This document shows, piece after piece, positions 1 to 8,462 of a stretch of DNA of 64,000 nt (the first letter of the stretch is position 1; each line of letters starts with the position of its first letter). A program made the position numbers and the translations under genes. Under the pieces are notes generated by a model that had not been told where the DNA came from, searched no databases, and worked only from the letters and a program-made list of their open reading frames with translations. The stretch lies in the sequence record MT661596.1. One strand, written 5' to 3'.

Positions 1-44
1 CATTATAAGAGTGTATACACTTTATTAACGTTAATGAGGTTCCT

Positions 45-1094
45 GTGAAAACATTTAAGTTTGAAACCAGGGATAGTTCTACCCAACCATTTGAACATTT
101 AAAGTCTGATTTCAGTTGGACCGTAGGTGTTACAAATCTAACGGGTAGAGATTTATCTCTTCGCACACATTACGGCGTAAGTACGCAAATCAATCGAAAC
201 AACGAACTTCGCAGGGAAAAGGGTTTCGAGGTTGCATTAACTATCAGGCTAAGGAGAGATGTATTATTCGACATAGCCGGTCTATCTATTGAGGACTTAC
301 CGCCAGAATACGAGGTAATCCAAAAGGCACTAGCCGATGAAACTACTATGTCCACCATGGAGCTTGTTCCATGTGGTATTAATCATTACGTTATTACCGT
401 CACTTTCTTCTATACACTAGATTGGTTATTATCTCAAGGTGGTGAAGTCTATTTACCACTTGCTGATATGGTGATTTCTCTAAATCAAATTCAAGACACA
501 ATGTACCACCCACGTTCTGTTGAACACACACTCGCTAATGTGTTGTTTGAAGAAGTTGGTGGTGTTAATTTTAACGTAGAACTTGTAGACCGAAAAGACA
601 GGGTGGGATGTAAGTTCTTAAATTTAAAAGGAGATGTTTATTTATTAAAACCTGTTGTGGTCACCGACCACGAGGATGTAAGACCAGATGGTCTTTACAT
701 AGGCTCAACCAGACCTATTAAATATGGGTCATTGTTAGGGAGAAAAGAACCTACGAAATTCATACGGATGGAGACATTAGCGATAGACCCTACCAAGTAT
801 GGATTATACACTACACGTCAAGAAGCTATATCTTTAGGAGGAAAAGATATCGACCAGTATGTTAAGATGTTGGATGCGGCGCAAGATAAAACAGATAAGC
901 TGCTTTCACAACTTAGTGAAAAACGTTCTGAACTTAAGAGCAAAGAGGATGAAATAAAGAAGCTCCGGTTCAAGTTGAAAGATTTAGAAGTGAAAGTCCG
1001 TGACGGGGATAAAATGATGGATAACCTATTCAGTAAAACACTGGATTTGTTAAAAATAGTAGGCGGTTGGTTGATAAAGATACCAGCAAAGTAA
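45..1094 (+). CDS. conserved jumbo-phage hypothetical protein with C-terminal coiled coil
   Basis: 349-aa GTG-start ORF; K/E-rich heptad region near the C-terminus; sits directly upstream of the RNAP subunit as in phiKZ-like core blocks. Confidence 0.7.
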   Translation: MKTFKFETRDSSTQPFEHLKSDFSWTVGVTNLTGRDLSLRTHYGVSTQINRNNELRREKGFEVALTIRLRRDVLFDIAGLSIEDLPPEYEVIQKALADETTMSTMELVPCGINHYVITVTFFYTLDWLLSQGGEVYLPLADMVISLNQIQDTMYHPRSVEHTLANVLFEEVGGVNFNVELVDRKDRVGCKFLNLKGDVYLLKPVVVTDHEDVRPDGLYIGSTRPIKYGSLLGRKEPTKFIRMETLAIDPTKYGLYTTRQEAISLGGKDIDQYVKMLDAAQDKTDKLLSQLSEKRSELKSKEDEIKKLRFKLKDLEVKVRDGDKMMDNLFSKTLDLLKIVGGWLIKIPAK

Positions 1095-1109
1095 TAGGAA
1101 TCAAGTAAA

Positions 1110-2801
1110 ATGTTAGACCCGCATTTAGAGTCATTAATAAAACAAAAGCAAACCCCTATGAACAAGACAGTGACTAGCGGGTTAGTTAAGAAACATATGG
1201 ATGGTGCGTTAAGTTATCTTGACCGTGTGTTTCATAGTGCCTTTGGTAGCTTTAGGTCTAATGTAGTTTATCGCGGATATCAACAATGTAAACCTGAAGA
1301 AGAGTATCGTTTTAAACTTAAACGTAACGGAGGTTCATCTCCAAGTAAAGCACGATATGAATTATCACGTTCTGACTTAGGTCTTGTTAAATTCTTCTTT
1401 GAAGTGGATGGTCGTCCAGTAAGACCTTTATACCTCTATATTCCATTTTGTGATGAAACCGGGTTAATACATTTACGTGGAACAGCACACACCATCAGTA
1501 TGGTTATTGAAGACCCAGGTCTATCTATAACACGAGATGGTTGTTTCTTTAAAGTAACCTGCGATAAAATCACGATTAATCGCATAGCACACACTTTTGT
1601 TAAAGAAGAAATAGGTATCACACAACGCCGCACAAGACGCGATATTCATTTAAGCATCCCATACGGACGTTTGTATAGAGCAAAGCAAAACAAAGCCAAC
1701 ACATCAAAGACAGCGCCTGTGGTGACACTACCGCATTACCTGTTCGGTAAATTCGGTGTTACTTATACATTTAAACGTTATCTAGGATTAGATGTGGTCT
1801 ATGGTACAGAAAGCGACATTACCTCAGATAAATACCCAGACTCTGAGTGGACCCGTTATTACTCTGCCAAAGAACCACACCCTAATAATAGAAAACCAGC
1901 ACATCCTTGGGTGCCTAGTTCTGCTGCAATAGCAATTAGAACGACTCAACCAACACCACTGGCTGAATTAATGGTAGGTGGCTTCTTTTATGTAGCTGAT
2001 TGTTATACACATGAGTTTTCACCTTATGATAGTGACCAGCCAATTCATTGGCGTCTGATGATGGGTAAAATGGTATTCAACAAATCTGTGAAACACATAC
2101 AGATGACAGAATACTTAGAACCTCATTTCCTATCACTGGATTCCTATCTTGACGATATTGCTAAAGCTAGATTCGAAGAGCAAGGTATTGTTTGCGAAGA
2201 CATTTATGAGTATATGGTGTTCGTAATGTCTCAGTTAGATACTTTGTTAAACACAACTAACTTAGCTAGTATGTATGGTAAGGAGCTTACGGTGTTACCT
2301 TACGTGTTATCTCCAATCGTTCACGGTATTTTCTATACTAAGTTTGGGTTAATGCAACAATGTAAACAAACACGAACAGACCCTACCACGGGTGAAGAAA
2401 TCATGGTGTTTACTGAAAGACAGGTTAATGATACATTAAATCTGAATTTAAAACCTGAGGCTATTTATCAGATTAAACGAGCATCTCACGGCGAGATAAG
2501 TACCGTCACATCCCCAAGTGACAACAAGATGTTTAAAATCAATAACCGCATCGTCTTACAACAAAATGCTTCTCGGGGTGCAGGTAAACGAAGTGAATCA
2601 CCAATGACTGATGAGTCCAAAGCACTTGACGTGTCTATCGCCGTAGTGTGTGCTTATCTTCATTTAACCAAACCAGAACCTAGTGGTCGTTCTTATGTAA
2701 ACGTATTCATGCCTTATGACGGTGGAATATTCGAACAACCAGAACGATATGACGATATACTAAATGAGACACAACGTACAATTGGTCGTCGTAACATCTA
2801 G
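1110..2801 (+). CDS. non-virion RNA polymerase beta subunit, N-terminal part (phiKZ gp123-like)
   Basis: 563 aa; beta-like segments (LYIPFCDETGLIHLRGT, YELSRSD); size and synteny with portal/baseplate block recalled from phiKZ-like phages; not verified by search. Confidence 0.72.
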   Translation: MLDPHLESLIKQKQTPMNKTVTSGLVKKHMDGALSYLDRVFHSAFGSFRSNVVYRGYQQCKPEEEYRFKLKRNGGSSPSKARYELSRSDLGLVKFFFEVDGRPVRPLYLYIPFCDETGLIHLRGTAHTISMVIEDPGLSITRDGCFFKVTCDKITINRIAHTFVKEEIGITQRRTRRDIHLSIPYGRLYRAKQNKANTSKTAPVVTLPHYLFGKFGVTYTFKRYLGLDVVYGTESDITSDKYPDSEWTRYYSAKEPHPNNRKPAHPWVPSSAAIAIRTTQPTPLAELMVGGFFYVADCYTHEFSPYDSDQPIHWRLMMGKMVFNKSVKHIQMTEYLEPHFLSLDSYLDDIAKARFEEQGIVCEDIYEYMVFVMSQLDTLLNTTNLASMYGKELTVLPYVLSPIVHGIFYTKFGLMQQCKQTRTDPTTGEEIMVFTERQVNDTLNLNLKPEAIYQIKRASHGEISTVTSPSDNKMFKINNRIVLQQNASRGAGKRSESPMTDESKALDVSIAVVCAYLHLTKPEPSGRSYVNVFMPYDGGIFEQPERYDDILNETQRTIGRRNI

Positions 2802-2825
2802 ATAAGAATTAATAAAGGAACCCAA

Positions 2826-5504
2826 ATGTCAAACTTTAACCCAATGCTTAACCAAATGAATGCAATGATGCAGCAAGGTGCTATGCAACAAGGTTTTGCA
2901 CAACCTCAATTCCAGCAACCGCAATTTCAACCACAGTTTCAACAACCACAGTTTCAACAACCACAAATGCAGGCTCCACAAGTAAACCCGGTTGAAACTT
3001 GTTATCACCTAGCTATTAACGAGTTGTATAAAACAACGGCTAATATGGCAAACCGTAGTGCTTTGCATAATACACTTTATAATGTATTCGAGCAAGAGCG
3101 ACGTAATAATGGTGTAGGTCAATTACATTCTATTGTAAATGCACTTATTACCGCAATGGCTTCTGCGTCTCTAGGGTCTAATCCACATACTCAGCCGCAT
3201 CAACTGACACCAAGTATTGTTGATAAAACTTATGGCATCTTGTTAATTGTGTATGCGATGCAAAAACCTGAACTTGTTAATGGTTTAGACCAAACCACTA
3301 TTCAGTCACTATGCGGCCAACTTGGGACTCTACAACAAATCCTTGACATGTCTATTCCAGGGAGCGGTATGCGTTTAGCAATACCAGGCTATAACGTTGT
3401 CAATCAGGCACCGGGTTTACAACCTACCCAGTTCCAGATGAACCAACCAGCACAGTATCCACAAATGCAACCAATGGCAACTCCAATGCAAATGCAACCA
3501 ATGGGGGTCTCAGCAACAAGTTATGGTATTAACACTAATACACCGCCAATGATGCAAAACCCAAATGTAGCTATGCAGGATAACCGTTATGGTGCTGGTA
3601 GCTTTGATGAATATGGTCGTGATTATCACCATGGGCTAAGTCAAGCTAGACCTCAAGTGCCTTGTGGTGTTGACCCCGTGCTATCTAAAGTTAAATGGTC
3701 TCGCCCTGGTGATGTTGTTAAAGACCAACAACCTGAAGTGAAATTATCTAACGACCCGAGCACAACTGAGCAATACGCCACACAAGGAGTTGTTCAGGAA
3801 TATTCAACGCCAGGTCTAGCTGCTCAACAACAACAACCAGCTCCCATACCTCGTGTAGAGCAGCAAAAAGCTAATCAGCCTATGATGCCACAGTTTGGTG
3901 CACCACAAGGTTTACCGTTTGACCCAATGCGATACATGAATGAAACCCACCTTGCTGTTGGCTCTGTGGTAGCAGATGACATGTCTCACATAACAGAGCT
4001 AACACCTGAAGAAGAGTTTGCGTTATTTGATGATAATTTAGGTGAAGAAATTCATAACGGCGATGGAGTTCCTTCATTTTCTGATATCTTCCAGCAACCA
4101 AGTAACTGGGATGCAGCAGCACAACAAAAGGCTATTAATTTACAAAATCACGAAACACAAAATATTCATGAGGTAAAACAGCAAGTGTTAAATACGCTTC
4201 CTGGTGTTGAAGAGGCACAGGCTCGTATTAATAAAGAGCTTAATGAGGCAAAAGAACGTAACAGTTCAACTGTGTTATCTGAAGATGGATTACCAGATGG
4301 CTGGATGTATGCTAATTACAACAAACCTAAGAACCATTTATTAAATATTCTGCGTGAACACCGTACACCAGAATGTCCTTTCGGTATAGCGCATTATAGC
4401 GACGTATCTACTTTAGTTTACCGTATGACAGATGACGGTAAAGTTGAACAACGTGTGGTAGGAGTTCCTGTGGACCGTTTAAAACATGATATTTCTTTAA
4501 TTAATGAACCGATGACAGAAGAAGTCGCTCTTCGTCATGAAGTATTCTTACCTATTAAACCAATGGCATTGGAGAAAGCAGTTCAAATCATCAAAGAAGA
4601 AGAAGGTGACTCTGTTAAAGTAACTGAAGCTTTTGATGAAGCAGATTTATTTACAGTTGGTGACACCATCATCGCGAGCAACCGCCAAGAAGCAATGTTA
4701 ATCGCGGCAGGTCGTTCTTCAGCCGTAGGTAAAACTTATGCTAATAAACACGGTTATGAATTCCACTTCCGTGAAGCAACTATTATCTCTGGTATGAAAG
4801 ATGCCGGTGAGCAGTTAGTTGAAGATGAATTATTAGCAAAACTTACAGATATTTCAACATGCCGTAATTTAATGGAGGTTGCACAAGTTGTTAAAATGGT
4901 TCGTAGTGAAGGAATCATTTCCCAGTCAGGCTTATCTAAAATCACGGATAACATGATTCGCGTATTAAATGACGTGTTAACCAACGACTATGGATATGCT
5001 GGTAGCCTTATCTTAGAAACGGAACAAAACTTCGAGGATGAACTAGTTGAATTCATTGTTTATATGGATAGCAACCCAGAACACCGAGAAGTTCTAGATT
5101 TAATGCACCGCCGCTGGAATTCATTGTTAACTCGTATGTGTAATCTATTAACTGGTAAAGAACGTGATGATGTTATCGAAGCTATCTCTGCTCGTTATGG
5201 TGACGAAGCTGAAGGTGTTCGTGAGGTATTGGAAAACACCATCATTGCAGAAACACTTCACTCAGTCACCACTCTTAAGTTAACAGCAGACCAATTAGGT
5301 ATTGATATTTCCGATGATATTTTTGTAATCAATTCAACTAAAACACCATACCTGTACGAGCTCGCAGGTAATACATTAAAACGTTGTGCAGACGAAGGCG
5401 TGTATTATGATACTCACCGTGTAATTACTCATGATGGTTACCAGTTTGATTTCCGTCGTGGTGGTTTAGGTGATGGTTCTGTTTATATCGCTAACCGTAA
5501 ATAA
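2826..5504 (+). CDS. hypothetical protein with long Q/P/M-rich low-complexity N-terminal half and acidic folded C-terminal half
   Basis: 892 aa; QPQF repeats; AAAGGA SD upstream; followed by terminator. Confidence 0.8.
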   Translation: MSNFNPMLNQMNAMMQQGAMQQGFAQPQFQQPQFQPQFQQPQFQQPQMQAPQVNPVETCYHLAINELYKTTANMANRSALHNTLYNVFEQERRNNGVGQLHSIVNALITAMASASLGSNPHTQPHQLTPSIVDKTYGILLIVYAMQKPELVNGLDQTTIQSLCGQLGTLQQILDMSIPGSGMRLAIPGYNVVNQAPGLQPTQFQMNQPAQYPQMQPMATPMQMQPMGVSATSYGINTNTPPMMQNPNVAMQDNRYGAGSFDEYGRDYHHGLSQARPQVPCGVDPVLSKVKWSRPGDVVKDQQPEVKLSNDPSTTEQYATQGVVQEYSTPGLAAQQQQPAPIPRVEQQKANQPMMPQFGAPQGLPFDPMRYMNETHLAVGSVVADDMSHITELTPEEEFALFDDNLGEEIHNGDGVPSFSDIFQQPSNWDAAAQQKAINLQNHETQNIHEVKQQVLNTLPGVEEAQARINKELNEAKERNSSTVLSEDGLPDGWMYANYNKPKNHLLNILREHRTPECPFGIAHYSDVSTLVYRMTDDGKVEQRVVGVPVDRLKHDISLINEPMTEEVALRHEVFLPIKPMALEKAVQIIKEEEGDSVKVTEAFDEADLFTVGDTIIASNRQEAMLIAAGRSSAVGKTYANKHGYEFHFREATIISGMKDAGEQLVEDELLAKLTDISTCRNLMEVAQVVKMVRSEGIISQSGLSKITDNMIRVLNDVLTNDYGYAGSLILETEQNFEDELVEFIVYMDSNPEHREVLDLMHRRWNSLLTRMCNLLTGKERDDVIEAISARYGDEAEGVREVLENTIIAETLHSVTTLKLTADQLGIDISDDIFVINSTKTPYLYELAGNTLKRCADEGVYYDTHRVITHDGYQFDFRRGGLGDGSVYIANRK
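2899..2970 (+). repeat. degenerate tandem repeat encoding (Q)QPQF units
   Basis: caacctcaattccagcaaccgcaatttcaaccacagtttcaacaaccacagtttcaacaaccacaa. Confidence 0.8.
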
Positions 5505-5511
5505 GTATTAA

Positions 5512-5571
5512 ATCGGCATAAAGGGTAGCCCGTTTGGGCTACCTCTTATGACGCTCTTTATTTTTTTTTTT
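5512..5571. terminator. bidirectional stem-loop terminator, CATA/TATG family
   Basis: GGTAGCCC-GTTT-GGGCTACC stem, GGCATAA...TTATGAC arms, long T run; between convergent genes. Confidence 0.85.
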
Positions 5572-5572
5572 G

Positions 5573-8434
5573 TTAGAACTTGATATCACCAAGTCCGTCG
5601 TCTATGGGAGAAGTATCGCCATCGCCCTCACCAGTTTCATCAGAACCCCCGTCTCCGGTGGTGTTATCGGACATTTCATTCTCTGGGTCCTCACCAGTTT
5701 CTTCGAAGTCGGTAGACCCACCGACTGAAGTGCCCGCCTCGTCGCTTCCTGGTTGTCCAGACCCTGTGTCTGGTATACCTCCAGTTTCCTCACTATTTTC
5801 GCCACTGTTGGCATCGTCGTTGTCAGGTTCGTCATTAAGCACCTTATCTAGTTTAGGTTGTAAACGAGTCTTAGCTTTATTAGCAAGTTTAACAAACTCA
5901 ATAACACCATTTATTGCAGTTTCGTTATAACCAACAATAGAAGTTAAGTGGTCAACTGATTTATTACTACCATCACCAAGTTCAGACAGATAATCAAAAT
6001 GTCTGCTGTTACCCGAGTCGTGCATCCATTTACGCATGTGTGCAGACACAAGACCAGAACGGAATGAGTTATAAGCATCCTCACCACCATCAACTACTCT
6101 GGATAAGACTTCATCTGTGTAGTAATCAGTGATGATGTTTTCAGCAAATGCGCGTTCAGCTTCATAAGCACGAGAGAACTCTTCACTGTCTGTGATATCT
6201 GGAGAAGGTAATGTAACTTCTAATGAATTAAGGAAGTTTGTTAAGATTCTTGCTGCAATAGCCTCATCATCGTTTGCAACATCTGGATTGTTTTCTTTGA
6301 ATTGTCTGAGTTGCTCTTTACCACCCTTTGTAGATGGTGACCATTTTGATTTGTTCTCCATAATGGTATCAAACAACTGATTCATCAAAGGACCAGACTT
6401 ATAGGCAATCTTACGAACAAGGTCAGATACCCCAGAGCATAACTTATCCTGATTAATCATGATTTCCTTACAGAACAACGCATCGTTTTGAATGTGTTCT
6501 ACTGCAAATTTGATATCATTGTTAGGATTAATTAGTTCTGGTCTAACACCCCATTGCAAGCCAAGGAAGTTCATCAATCTATCCATCCACTCGTTATCCG
6601 GTGGAGTGATATCACGCTTCTGGTGTGACATGTCTACGTTAATTGCTGGGTAATACGCATTACCTTCGGTCTTAACGAGAACAGAAGCCGCATCCATAAT
6701 ACCACAAACATCTCGTGGGTTTTTAGCACCTATGATAGATGATAAACCTAACGTTGAGTTCATATGAGTGGAGACAATGTCTTCTATCGTCGCTTCTGGT
6801 TCATCATCATTTTCATCAAGACGAACATCAAGTGTGGTAACGTTGATAGAAGAGGCTATATTAGCTAGTGTAGAAGCTACCGTGTTAGCCATTGCCATAG
6901 ATGCAAACAAACGAGATTTATCCAACAGCGAACGACCAATACCCAAGTTATTGTAATCAAAAGCGATATACGAGATAGATTCTTCAGGTAGGTAAAGAAC
7001 CCGTGTCCTCAAGTTTCTAAGTGTACGGGTGAACATCATCATCTTAGCAGCGTTGTCAATACCCACCGTCATTGTTTGACCATAGATACCGTTAGCAAGA
7101 CGCTGTGTTAGTTCAAGCTCAAGTTCTCTTTCATACTCCTTATAGAACTCTCGCATGTTAAAATCACAGGCTTTACCTTCCCGGATTTGCCGTGCCATCT
7201 CAATGATACCTTTTGTCCCATTAATAGCTGAGTTGGTATCCTGTTTATTCTGACCCTTATCTAGGAAAAAGTTATCGTAGTTAGCTGTTCTTAGTGGGTT
7301 GCCGTTTTCATCTAAGAACACGTACGCACCAACAGTAACTTCCGGCTGTCCTGGTAAATGAGCACGTACGACACACTCTGAAGGTAACCCCATCACCAAA
7401 GCACCACCAACATTTTCACGAGTTGTTTCGTCATCACGAGGAATACTGATTGTGTCTTGTGGAACGTACTCACGCTGCTTGTACAGGTCGTTATAGATGT
7501 TTGCGTATTGTTCTGGTGTAAGACCACTAACTTGTGCTTGACCGTCGTGCTTAACCTTGTGCTTACCTTTTTGTGCACCTGAGCCAGGGTACGATTCTAG
7601 ACCACCTGTACGTCTTCTCTTAGCAATAGACGACGGGACTCGCGCATTATCAGATAGAGCTCGACGTGCGATAGCCATCTTCAATTTAGGGTATTTTAAA
7701 ATAGAGTCGTTATCTGTAAACGAAACATTACTCTCACCAGTACCGAATAAGTTATTGTCGCTCATTGTTACTGGCGTACCTTCCATGAGGTCTTCAAGAG
7801 AAGCTGTCATAATAGCGCTGCGTGTGCCACGGTCACCCAGTATGTTTCTCGGTCTGAAGTCTTTTATCTTTGTATCATACTCATCAGATAAAGCTTCCAT
7901 GGACGCACGCGTATAACCATTAATAACATTATCAAGAGATGATTCTGATAATATCGCTGTTATATATGAGCCAGTATCGAATAAAACGTCACCAAGTATT
8001 TTTGGTAGTTTGTCTGTAATTTTATAGTTGCCCTCTAGGAACTCACTAGTTATTTTAAGTAACGACGCATTTAGGTCGTTATTCTTACCTTCGTAAGACT
8101 CACTCACGTAGGACAACTCAACCGTTCTTAAATTACGTGGGGAGAGTGTTGAGGCTGTTAAAATCTGTTTAGCTCTTAATGCCCCTGGAACGCTTTCTAA
8201 GAGTTCTTTATTAGCATCTATGTTAGTGCTAGTTATCTTGCTGATAGCCTCCATCGTTGACGTGGAGACCTTACTACGCGCCTTATTATTACCGACATCT
8301 TCAGGTCGTAATGGGTTGCTGGTTTCTGGCACAAGAAGATTGATAAGAGACCGACTCAATGGGTCTTTATTTATCGTGGGTAATTTAGGTGTCGCTGTTT
8401 TTGTAACACCGCGACGATTCTTTTCTACGGCCAT
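5573..8434 (-). CDS. portal protein (phiKZ gp129-like)
   Basis: 953 aa, acidic D/E/G C-terminal tail, AGGAGA SD; divergent from the large structural gene as recalled for phiKZ-like phages. Confidence 0.7.
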   Translation of the reverse strand: MAVEKNRRGVTKTATPKLPTINKDPLSRSLINLLVPETSNPLRPEDVGNNKARSKVSTSTMEAISKITSTNIDANKELLESVPGALRAKQILTASTLSPRNLRTVELSYVSESYEGKNNDLNASLLKITSEFLEGNYKITDKLPKILGDVLFDTGSYITAILSESSLDNVINGYTRASMEALSDEYDTKIKDFRPRNILGDRGTRSAIMTASLEDLMEGTPVTMSDNNLFGTGESNVSFTDNDSILKYPKLKMAIARRALSDNARVPSSIAKRRRTGGLESYPGSGAQKGKHKVKHDGQAQVSGLTPEQYANIYNDLYKQREYVPQDTISIPRDDETTRENVGGALVMGLPSECVVRAHLPGQPEVTVGAYVFLDENGNPLRTANYDNFFLDKGQNKQDTNSAINGTKGIIEMARQIREGKACDFNMREFYKEYERELELELTQRLANGIYGQTMTVGIDNAAKMMMFTRTLRNLRTRVLYLPEESISYIAFDYNNLGIGRSLLDKSRLFASMAMANTVASTLANIASSINVTTLDVRLDENDDEPEATIEDIVSTHMNSTLGLSSIIGAKNPRDVCGIMDAASVLVKTEGNAYYPAINVDMSHQKRDITPPDNEWMDRLMNFLGLQWGVRPELINPNNDIKFAVEHIQNDALFCKEIMINQDKLCSGVSDLVRKIAYKSGPLMNQLFDTIMENKSKWSPSTKGGKEQLRQFKENNPDVANDDEAIAARILTNFLNSLEVTLPSPDITDSEEFSRAYEAERAFAENIITDYYTDEVLSRVVDGGEDAYNSFRSGLVSAHMRKWMHDSGNSRHFDYLSELGDGSNKSVDHLTSIVGYNETAINGVIEFVKLANKAKTRLQPKLDKVLNDEPDNDDANSGENSEETGGIPDTGSGQPGSDEAGTSVGGSTDFEETGEDPENEMSDNTTGDGGSDETGEGDGDTSPIDDGLGDIKF

Positions 8435-8462
8435 TTATGGTCTCCTAAAACGGTGCAGTATA

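Noticed and set aside
2899-2970. Short tandem repeats as a possible CRISPR or VNTR locus
   Set aside because: In-frame coding repeats with no unique spacers
5580-5930. 116-aa Ser/Pro-rich plus-strand ORF
   Set aside because: Antisense shadow of the acidic portal tail
8220-8462. 81-codon N-terminal extension of the baseplate ORF in the track
   Set aside because: It overlaps the portal gene on the opposite strand; ATG 8463 gives a family-like N-terminus
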